From Halomonas sp. TA22 (GTDB taxonomy: Bacteria > Pseudomonadota > Gammaproteobacteria > Pseudomonadales > Halomonadaceae), in assembly GCF_013009075.1 (NCBI RefSeq), contig NZ_CP053108.1, forward strand, positions 2,776,517 through 2,808,516: DNA of 32,000 bases, written 5' to 3'. The notes below the pieces were generated by a model that had not been told where the DNA came from, did not search any database, and saw only the letters and a program-made list of their open reading frames with translations. Position 1 is the stretch's first letter, and each line of letters opens with the position of its first letter. The translations under genes and the position numbers were made by a program. Below, piece after piece: positions 8,987 to 16,390 of this stretch.

Positions 8987-10306
8987 TCACACGAGATCGA
9001 AGTGATCGGAATTGATGCGCGTCGGTGAGACACCGACGCTGCGCAGCGCCTTCTCGGTGGCGTTCATCATCGGCGCCGGCCCGCAGATGAAGTACTCCCG
9101 TCGCCCATCGTCGGCGGGCAAGCGTCGCGTTATCAGCGCCTCATCGATGAAGCCGCTCTCCCCCTCCCACCCTTCTGGCGGCTGATCGATGACGTGGATC
9201 ACCTCCAGATCCAATGCCTTGGTCAATTCATCGAGCTCCTCGCGATAGGTGGCCTCCTCCCAAGTCTCGTTGGCATAGACCAGCCACAACGGCATCTTCA
9301 CACTCCCGTCGCGGTAGGTCCGCAGCATGCTCATCATCGGCGTCACGCCGATGCCGCCAGCCATCAGCACGATACCCGAGGGGTTGTGAGGATCGGAGAC
9401 GAAGTCACCGTAGGGCCCCTCCACCCAGGCAAGGCTGCCTGGCACGACATCGGGCAGCGAGCAGGTGAAATCGCCAAGGCACTTGGCGGTGATGCCGATA
9501 CGCCCCGGCTGGGCCGCCGATGTCGAAATGGAGAAAGGGTGCTGCTGAAGCGAGAATGGCGTCTTGCCGAGCGTGATCCACAGATACTGTCCCGCTTTGA
9601 AATCGAGCCGATGGTCGCCCTGCGGCTCGAACGTCAGGCTCACCGCATCACCGCGTTCGGCGTGATTGACCACCACTCGCCAGGGACGACGACGCATCCG
9701 CATGACTCGCAGAAGACGGGAGTCCAGCAGCAAGCCCAGGGGAATTGCAAACAGCAGGATCAATAACAGCTGGATGGCAACCCCGGCGGTAAAATGGCTC
9801 ACCATCAGGGCGTGCCCCAGCCCACCGGCTACCACGAACAGCGCAAGCGCCCCATGCAGTGCCCGCCACCACTCGTAGCTCAGTCCCAAGCGCTTGCGCC
9901 ACAGCGAGCTCACGATCAGCACGCTGGTAGCGAGCACGATGAGAATCAGCGCCATGGCACGCAAGGTCTCCTGACGAGGATCGAGATACTCCACATAGTC
10001 GGGATTGGAGAACATCATGACGGCGGGGTGCACCAGGACAAGCACCAGGGCGAAGATGCCAAGCTGGCGATGGACCTGCAGCATGTTGTCCAGCCCCACC
10101 CCCGAGCCGAACCAGCGATGGCGGCCTGATATCACCAGTTGCATCGCCAGCACCCCCAGCGCCAACAGCCCAAGCATCGAGCCGAATTCAACGCCGACAC
10201 TGCGTTCGCCTTCAGGGAGAACCAGCAGCGCCAACGCCATCGGCAGCAGTGCCAATAACATATAGAACGTGACCCAGAGCAGCGTACGCCGAATGACGGG
10301 GTTCAC
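8987..10306 (-). CDS. NOX/FRE-type flavocytochrome: ferric-reductase-like transmembrane domain fused to an FAD/NAD(P)H-binding FNR-like domain
   Basis: GTG start at 10304-10306 with GGAGGAGG upstream. It has six predicted TM helices carrying two His pairs, each 14 residues apart (H79/H93 in VHRQLGIFALVLVLVH; H151/H165 in LHGALALFVVAGGLGH). FAD motif QQHPFSIS, NAD(P)H motif GGIGVTP and C-terminal FICGP are present. Confidence 0.8.
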   Translation of the reverse strand: MNPVIRRTLLWVTFYMLLALLPMALALLVLPEGERSVGVEFGSMLGLLALGVLAMQLVISGRHRWFGSGVGLDNMLQVHRQLGIFALVLVLVHPAVMMFSNPDYVEYLDPRQETLRAMALILIVLATSVLIVSSLWRKRLGLSYEWWRALHGALALFVVAGGLGHALMVSHFTAGVAIQLLLILLFAIPLGLLLDSRLLRVMRMRRRPWRVVVNHAERGDAVSLTFEPQGDHRLDFKAGQYLWITLGKTPFSLQQHPFSISTSAAQPGRIGITAKCLGDFTCSLPDVVPGSLAWVEGPYGDFVSDPHNPSGIVLMAGGIGVTPMMSMLRTYRDGSVKMPLWLVYANETWEEATYREELDELTKALDLEVIHVIDQPPEGWEGESGFIDEALITRRLPADDGRREYFICGPAPMMNATEKALRSVGVSPTRINSDHFDLV

Positions 10307-10467
10307 TTACACCTCCTCCTTGTGTTGAATATTCGAAGCTTGCTAAACAATTCGATTAGTCTCTCCTTAAAACAATGACTTTCCAAGTATTTACTAAATA
10401 CAAACGGCAGTTTTATTTAAAAATTAGAGATTTTTATCATCTTATAAATTTTTAGCATTCTTTCTTC

Positions 10468-10494
10468 TAAAGCCCCTCATAACCCTGCCGATAG
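10468..10494 (+). promoter_or_regulatory. Putative sigma-28 (FliA) promoter for the MCP gene
   Basis: TAAAGCCC-N11-GCCGATAG compared with the enterobacterial consensus TAAAGTTT-N11-GCCGATAA. The -35 matches 5/8, the spacing is exact and the -10 matches 7/8. It lies about 118 nt upstream of ATG 10612 in an AT-rich spacer. Confidence 0.5.
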
Positions 10495-10611
10495 CAACGT
10501 TAACGATGGGCAATCCAAACACCCAAATGAGAATAATAATTATCACCTGGAAACGACATACCGCATTACTTAACCACCTGCTGATATACAGCGTGTATAT
10601 GAGGGAAAATT

Positions 10612-12312
10612 ATGAATCGAACCTTGAGTAATCTCTCGGTTAAAACAAGTCTGGCAATCGTGCTTGCTCTGTTCTCAGCACTTATCGTGCTCGTGGCTGG
10701 GCTGGGCTATCAATCCGGCAGGTTAGGCACGGCAGCATTGCATGAAATGGATCGCATCGGGATTAACGATCTGTATTCCGTCAATCGTGGCCAGCTCAGT
10801 GTAGCTGATACTCAACTGTTCTTACTTAATTCGTTGGATGCCCGAAATGAGGGACAGGATGCACTGGCGGACAATTACCTGAATATTGCAATTAGGAATA
10901 TGGAGGCCGCTCAGCGGCATTTCGCGCACTATCAATCCACTCCCAAGACTGAAGATGGGAAGGATGATGTCATACGGATCCTGAGCTCATTCAGCGAATT
11001 ATTGCAGCAGGGCCTGATCCCTCAACAGGAAGCACTTCAGCGCCAGGATGAGAGTGCCTTTCGTGCAGCCAAGCGGACAGGTGATCAGCTCAACCAGGCC
11101 TTTATCGCGGCTGTCGAAGAGTACATCGAGCATGCAGAAGCCTACAGCGCTACGCTTATGGTGGAGTACGAGCGTGAGTCGACCCTGTTCGGTTATATCG
11201 AACTGGCCTCCCTCGTCCTGGCTGGTATCATCGTAGTAGTGGTCTGGGCTGGCATGACTCGTATTGTCATTCGTCCCCTCGAGGAAGCAGTGATCCATTT
11301 CGAACGCATCGCCCAGGGTGACCTTTCACAAAAAATTGCCGACCGCGGCCGCAACGAGATCGGCCAACTCTTCTCCGCCATGGGACATATGCAGACCGGG
11401 CTCTCCAGAACCGTCTCAGGTGTGCGCGACAGCAGCGGCTCGATTCATGTCGGCGCTCGGGAGATCGCACAGGGTAACAACGACCTCTCCTCACGTACCG
11501 AGGAGCAGGCCGCGGCCCTGCAGCAGACCGCCGCCAGCATGGAGCAGCTGACCGCCACGGTTAAGCAGAACGCTGACAACGCACGCCAGGGCAGCACGCT
11601 GGCCCGCGACGCCTCCCTGACAGCCGGTCGTGGCGGTGAGGTAGTCGATCAGGTCATCGTCACCATGCACGGCATCGCCGACAGCTCAAGGAAGGTTACC
11701 GATATCATCAGCGTGATCGATTCGATCGCCTTTCAAACCAATATCCTGGCGCTGAACGCGTCGGTGGAAGCGGCGCGTGCCGGCGAGCAGGGCCGTGGCT
11801 TCGCCGTGGTCGCAAGTGAAGTCCGCAATCTGGCAAGCCGCAGCGCCGAGGCCGCCAAGGAGATCAAGCAGCTGATCGACGCCTCGGCCAACCAGGTCCA
11901 TCAGGGCTCCGAGCTGGTGGAAAGCGCCGGCAGCACCATGCGCGACGTGGTCGCCTCGGTCAGGCGCGTCACCGATATCATGGACGAGATCTCGGCTGCA
12001 TCTCAGGAGCAAAGCGAAGGTATCGAGCAGGTCACACAAGCGGTCTCGCAGATGGATCAGGTCACCCAGCAGAACGCTTCGCTGGTAGAGCAAGCCTCTG
12101 CGTCGGCGGCCTCTCTCGAGGAGCAAGCTGCGTTGCTGGAAACCGCCGTGGCCACCTTCCGTCTTTCGAACGAGAAGCCAGCTCGCGCCACGGCGGTTGT
12201 TCGAGCGCAGCTTCCCTCTCACGCTAGCCACGCTCCGGCCGCGGCCTCCGCCAAGGCAGTCAGCAAATCCAAGACTGCCCGCAGTGCAGAGCCCGAGTGG
12301 GAAGAGTTCTGA
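10612..12312 (+). CDS. Methyl-accepting chemotaxis protein (4-helix-bundle-type periplasmic sensor, HAMP, MA signalling domain, C-terminal EWEEF tether)
   Basis: 566 aa. TM1 is SLAIVLALFSALIVLVAGL and TM2 is LASLVLAGIIVVVVWAGMT. HAMP is [34 protein letters not shown]. The highly conserved signalling hairpin [40 protein letters not shown] is present. The protein ends ...PEWEEF. GAGGG lies upstream of the ATG. Confidence 0.92.
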   Translation: MNRTLSNLSVKTSLAIVLALFSALIVLVAGLGYQSGRLGTAALHEMDRIGINDLYSVNRGQLSVADTQLFLLNSLDARNEGQDALADNYLNIAIRNMEAAQRHFAHYQSTPKTEDGKDDVIRILSSFSELLQQGLIPQQEALQRQDESAFRAAKRTGDQLNQAFIAAVEEYIEHAEAYSATLMVEYERESTLFGYIELASLVLAGIIVVVVWAGMTRIVIRPLEEAVIHFERIAQGDLSQKIADRGRNEIGQLFSAMGHMQTGLSRTVSGVRDSSGSIHVGAREIAQGNNDLSSRTEEQAAALQQTAASMEQLTATVKQNADNARQGSTLARDASLTAGRGGEVVDQVIVTMHGIADSSRKVTDIISVIDSIAFQTNILALNASVEAARAGEQGRGFAVVASEVRNLASRSAEAAKEIKQLIDASANQVHQGSELVESAGSTMRDVVASVRRVTDIMDEISAASQEQSEGIEQVTQAVSQMDQVTQQNASLVEQASASAASLEEQAALLETAVATFRLSNEKPARATAVVRAQLPSHASHAPAAASAKAVSKSKTARSAEPEWEEF

Positions 12313-12331
12313 TCTGAAGGAGTAATGTCGC

Positions 12332-12364
12332 AAAGCCCGGATGCCATCGGTATCCGGGCTTTTT
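12332..12364. terminator. Bidirectional rho-independent terminator between convergent genes
   Basis: AAAGCCCGGAT (12332-12342) pairs perfectly (11 bp) with ATCCGGGCTTT (12352-12362) across a 9-nt loop. T-run 12360-12364 lies on the plus strand, with an A-run giving U's on the minus strand. Confidence 0.65.
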
Positions 12365-12389
12365 CCATTCTCCATTTTCACATGGCGGC

Positions 12390-14159
12390 TCACTCCACCC
12401 GCGCTTGCGGATAGCCCACCGCCAACCATGACTGGAACTCATCGGGGGTGAGCGGCTTGGCAATCAGGTAACCCTGCACTTCATCGCACTCGAGCTGGGC
12501 CAGGCGCTGATAGGTCTCGTCATTCTCCACCCCTTCGGCCACCACGAGATAGCCAAGCTCATGCGCAATTCCGATCATCGCCTTGACCAGCGTCTGGCTA
12601 CGCGGCTCGCTGCACAACCCGATGATGAAGGATTGGTCGATCTTCACGACATGGGCATGCACCTCCTGTAGATAGGAGAGCGTGCTGTAGCCTGTACCGA
12701 AGTCATCGATGGCGATCTTGATGCCAGCCGCAATCAATGCCTGCAGCTGGGCACGCGCCACGCACCCCTTGCCAAGCAGAGCGCTCTCGGTGAGCTCAAG
12801 CTCCAGTGCCGCTTTCGGCAGGCCATGGTGCTCCATCAGCGCAAGCAAGCGCTGCGCAAACGCCTCATCCCCGAGACAGGTGGCCGAGACATTGATCGAG
12901 ATACGCAGGGTGTGGCCTTGATAATGCCATAGCGCCGATTGCTCGATGGCCGAGTGGACCATCCAGTCGGTCAGCGGCCGCGCCAGTGGCGTATGCTCGA
13001 TCAGCGGGATGAACTCCGCCGGCGAGATCTCGCCAAGTACCGGATGACACCAGCGCAATAGCGCTTCTGCCCCTAGGCAATTGCCACTCTTGACCTCGAC
13101 ACGGGGCTGATAGACGAGCCTCAGCTGATCGCCGGCCTGCAGTGCCGGGCGGATATCGTTGAGCAGGGCAAAGCGTCGTTGATAGCCGGCATCGAGCGAC
13201 ATCGAATAGATACTCGCGCCGCTCTCGGCCCGTCGTGCGTCCTGACAGGCGGAGAGCGCCGTGCGCAGGACGTCGCTGGGTTCGGCCTCACCCAGACGAA
13301 ACGGCGATATGCCGATGACGGGATGGATGAGCACCGTTACGATTCTGGCAGAATTGAGATCGATAAGCTGCTTGCGTAGACGCAGCGCTTCATTTAGCAG
13401 CCCCTCCTCGTCCGTCGCTTTCACCAGATGCACGAACTGACACTGGCCTATGGCATAGAGCCGGCTGGTGGGATCGAGGACACGCTGCAAGCTGAACCCG
13501 GCATCACGCTCCACATCGTCCAGATAGTTGGGTCCCATTACCCGGTGCAAGGTGCTTATCTCGATGCTATCGACAAGCTCTGTCAGGAAAGCACAGTAGA
13601 GCGTGCTTGGCTCCTCCTTGGCCTTGGCCTGCAGATCCTCGGTGAATTGGCTTCTATTCGGGAGACCAGTGAATGGGTCGATCCTGCTCAAGGAATGCTG
13701 AAGCTCGATCTGCGACATGATCATCGATGCAAGATCGGCCAGTGCCGTGCGCTTTGCCTCACTCACCTCACAAGGCTCGAGACCTGCAACGCACAATGCC
13801 CCAAGGGCAACCCCCTCCTGGGTCAACAGTGGGGCGCCGGCATAAAAGCGCAAGCCCGATCTCACCAGCGGGCCATCTCGATACGCTTCGCTTTTCAACA
13901 AATCTGGCAGGATCAATGGTTTGCATGATCGGGCGATTTCCGCACAAGGTGCTTTGAATCGTGCAATGCCTTGCTGCTCAATCCCGATGCGAGACTTGAA
14001 CCATTGCCGATGCTCATCCGCCAGAGAAATCGCGGCAATCGGTGTGTTGAAGAGCTGGGAGGCGAGACGAACGATACGATCGAAACTTTCATGAGGCGAG
14101 GTATCAAGCAGACTAAGCTGCCTAAGCGCTTGCAGGCGTGCTGGCTCTCTATCACTCAT
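12390..14159 (-). CDS. GAF - degenerate GGDEF - EAL signalling protein (predicted c-di-GMP phosphodiesterase)
   Basis: N-terminal GAF-like region (FDRIVRLASQLFNTPIAAISL...FYAGAPL). The GGDEF domain starts DPFTGLPNRSQF but carries GQCQF (13434-13448) in place of GGDEF. EAL-domain catalytic residues are present: EALLRW, ISINVS, ELELTES, DDFGTGYS, KIDQSF, EGVE, QGY. ATG 14157-14159 is preferred over the track TTG 14165. Confidence 0.85.
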   Translation of the reverse strand: MSDREPARLQALRQLSLLDTSPHESFDRIVRLASQLFNTPIAAISLADEHRQWFKSRIGIEQQGIARFKAPCAEIARSCKPLILPDLLKSEAYRDGPLVRSGLRFYAGAPLLTQEGVALGALCVAGLEPCEVSEAKRTALADLASMIMSQIELQHSLSRIDPFTGLPNRSQFTEDLQAKAKEEPSTLYCAFLTELVDSIEISTLHRVMGPNYLDDVERDAGFSLQRVLDPTSRLYAIGQCQFVHLVKATDEEGLLNEALRLRKQLIDLNSARIVTVLIHPVIGISPFRLGEAEPSDVLRTALSACQDARRAESGASIYSMSLDAGYQRRFALLNDIRPALQAGDQLRLVYQPRVEVKSGNCLGAEALLRWCHPVLGEISPAEFIPLIEHTPLARPLTDWMVHSAIEQSALWHYQGHTLRISINVSATCLGDEAFAQRLLALMEHHGLPKAALELELTESALLGKGCVARAQLQALIAAGIKIAIDDFGTGYSTLSYLQEVHAHVVKIDQSFIIGLCSEPRSQTLVKAMIGIAHELGYLVVAEGVENDETYQRLAQLECDEVQGYLIAKPLTPDEFQSWLAVGYPQARVE

Positions 14160-14523
14160 GGGCAAGTTTATCTCGGTATAACAAGGCTAATTGTTACTCT
14201 CTACGGTTGAGATCGTGGTGTGGATCTCAATGCCCTCTAACGCAATGACCAAGCCAGGCGGTAGGCGACTATTTTCCGTTAGCTCCCTATACAAAGCAAT
14301 CCTCTTTCCCTCCCTTTGAGATCACTAGTTTTTCCCTTCTTTCACGAGAGAAAAAATGAGTATCACCACCACCTTTCATGAATCTCCCCAATATCCATAC
14401 TGCTAACCCATCAGCAAGCACTAGCTCTTACGAGACCGCTTAATTAGATATTATTTATGATATTCATGGTCGCCACCACCGATCAAGCTTACGTTACATA
14501 TAATGAAAAAAAGCTACTTTTTG

Positions 14524-14551
14524 CTTAGTTTATCTTGCCATAGGCCGATAA
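14524..14551 (+). promoter_or_regulatory. Putative sigma-28 (FliA) promoter for the second MCP gene
   Basis: The -10 is an exact GCCGATAA at 14544-14551. The -35-like CTTAGTTT (5/8 to TAAAGTTT) sits at 14524-14531 with a 12-nt spacer. It is about 60 nt upstream of ATG 14613. Confidence 0.45.
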
Positions 14552-14612
14552 GTAGAAAACAGGCAGCAAGGGGCTGCCTGTTCCGAGAGAGATGTGAGGA
14601 AAATATCAAAAA

Positions 14613-16300
14613 ATGAAAAACATATCGGTCAGTAATAGGGTTGACCCTGGCTCTAGGCATCATGGTACTGATGATTGTCGCCATCAGCGCCATGGGATTT
14701 TATTCGAATAGTGTCAGCTCAAAGGCGATAAAAAAAGAGCTTTCCGAGATCAACGTAACCAAGGCGACTGCCATCAACAGAGCGCAGGTCAACCTCTTAC
14801 GGCTGAGGCTCATTCTTGGGCGCTATGCCGATATCGATGTAGCCGACCAGAATAGTGAAGCGACGACCGCACTGCTGCAACACGCCAGGGATGCCGCCAG
14901 CGAGGCACAACGACGCTACGACGAATTTGAAGCAGTGCAATTGCCGGAAGGGGATTCCAGAGCTACCTATGTTGCGGCTATCGCATCGGCTTACGATACC
15001 GTCATGAACAGCATGCTGATCCCTTATCTTTCCAGCATGAATCCTCAGGAATTCAAGCAGCAACAAGCGCAGATCGTCGAAGCCTCGTCCAAATTTGACG
15101 CTGCCGTTTTAGACTTTATCCGCTTCGTCGAGGCGCGGGGTACTGAACTGATCGCCGCCGATGCCCGCTCCAGCCGAGATGCCGAAGTCGCCTCCATCGT
15201 GTTATTGATACTCTCTCTGCTCGCCACACTCCTCGTACGTAGGGCAATGATGCAAACCGTCGTGACTCCCCTGCAAGGCGGCAGTCATGCATTTCCAGCG
15301 TCTTGCCAAGGGCGGCCTGACCGTACAGATCGAGGATAGAGGCCGCAATGAAATCGGTCAGCTCTTCGGTGCGCTTAAGGATATGCAGGAGAAGCTGAGC
15401 CAGCTCATTTTGACGTTGCGTAGCAGTAGCGACAGCGTCTTTACCGGTGCGGGAGAAATCGCCTCCGGAAGCCAGGATTTGTCATCACGTACCGAGGAGC
15501 AGGCCGCCGCCCTTCAGGAAACGGCCTCGAGCATGGAGGAGATGGCCGCGACAGTGCGTCAGAACACCGACTCAGCCATCGAGGCGGATCGCTTGACATC
15601 GAATGCCTCGAAAACGGCGGAATCGGGCGGCCAGGAGGTCGAACGCACAGTCCAGATCATGCGCGAAATCGCGGACAACTCTCGCAAGATAAACGAAATC
15701 GTCGCAGTGATCGACTCCATCTCGTTTCAGACCAATATCCTGGCGCTGAATGCTTCCGTAGAGGCCGCTCGAGCGGGAGAGCAAGGCCGAGGTTTTGCGG
15801 TCGTGGCCCAGGAAGTGCGTTCACTCGCCAGCCGGAGCGCGGACTCGGCCAAGGAGATCCGCACCATGCTCGAAGAGACGGCAACCCGGATCGCGGCCGG
15901 TGCGGAACAAGCCGAGCGTAGCGGCAGGACAATCAATGAAACCGTCAGCTCGATTCGTCAAGTCTCCTCGCTGATGAATGAAATCTCGACCGCCACTCGT
16001 GAACAGAATAGCGGCATAGAACAGATCAATGTGGCGATAACGCAGATGGACAACGTGACACAGCAAAATGCCTCGCTCGTCGAGCAGACCAATTCGGCAG
16101 CCGCATCACTGGAAGAGCAGGCCAAATACCTGGCCGAGCTGATCGCTACCTTCAAGGTCAATGGACAGGCGAGCCCGCAGGCCAGGGTGGCCCGAGCCAA
16201 GAAGCCGACGCTCGATTATGTCTCGTTGCCTGCATCCGCCCCGAGGAGCAAAACCGCGAGCCGAGCCGAAGCAACGGCGGAGGAGTGGAGCGAATTCTAA
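14613..16300 (+). pseudogene. Methyl-accepting chemotaxis protein paralog interrupted by two +1 frameshifts (single-G insertions near 14638-14640 and 15277-15282)
   Basis: Three colinear pieces lie in successive frames. The first is ATG 14613 MKNISVSNRV... (stop 14709-14711). The second is track ORF 14641..15339 (sensor, TM2, start of HAMP). The third is track ORF 15287..16300 (rest of HAMP, MA domain [39 protein letters not shown], tail EEWSEF). Each junction is repaired by deleting one G and then aligns with the intact paralog at 10612..12312. Confidence 0.7.
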
Positions 16301-16347
16301 AAGAGGCACGCGCCAGCCACTCTCACTAAGCAAGTGATACCCAGCAT

Positions 16348-16379
16348 CGAGCCACCTTGCTATTGAGCAAGGTGGCTCG
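16348..16379. terminator. Strong intergenic hairpin between convergent genes (possible bidirectional terminator, no T-tract)
   Basis: CGAGCCACCTTGC (16348-16360) pairs perfectly (13 bp) with GCAAGGTGGCTCG (16367-16379) across the loop TATTGA. No U-run follows on either strand. Confidence 0.4.
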
Positions 16380-16390
16380 CGCGCCTAGCG

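Noticed and set aside
11737-11756. 20-nt identity ACCAATATCCTGGCGCTGAA shared with 15731-15750
   Set aside because: It falls in the universally conserved MCP signalling hairpin (QTNILALNA) of two paralogs. This is paralogy, not a mobile or regulatory repeat.
12325-12414. 29-codon ORF starting just after the MCP stop (GGAG then ATG)
   Set aside because: The SD-to-ATG spacing is only 2-3 nt. The ORF runs straight through the terminator hairpin and into the convergent gene's 3' end.
14356-14406. 16-codon ORF MSITTTFHESPQYPYC upstream of the MCP2 promoter (possible leader peptide)
   Set aside because: It lies upstream of the predicted promoter, not in a leader. Its codon usage is AT-rich, and no attenuator-like alternative structures were seen.
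14447-14465. Second Fur-box-like AT-rich 19-mer GATATTATTTATGATATTC in the MCP2 / EAL-gene spacer
   Set aside because: It matches the Fur consensus at only 12 of 19 positions by my alignment, in about 40% G+C DNA. That is indistinguishable from background AT-richness.
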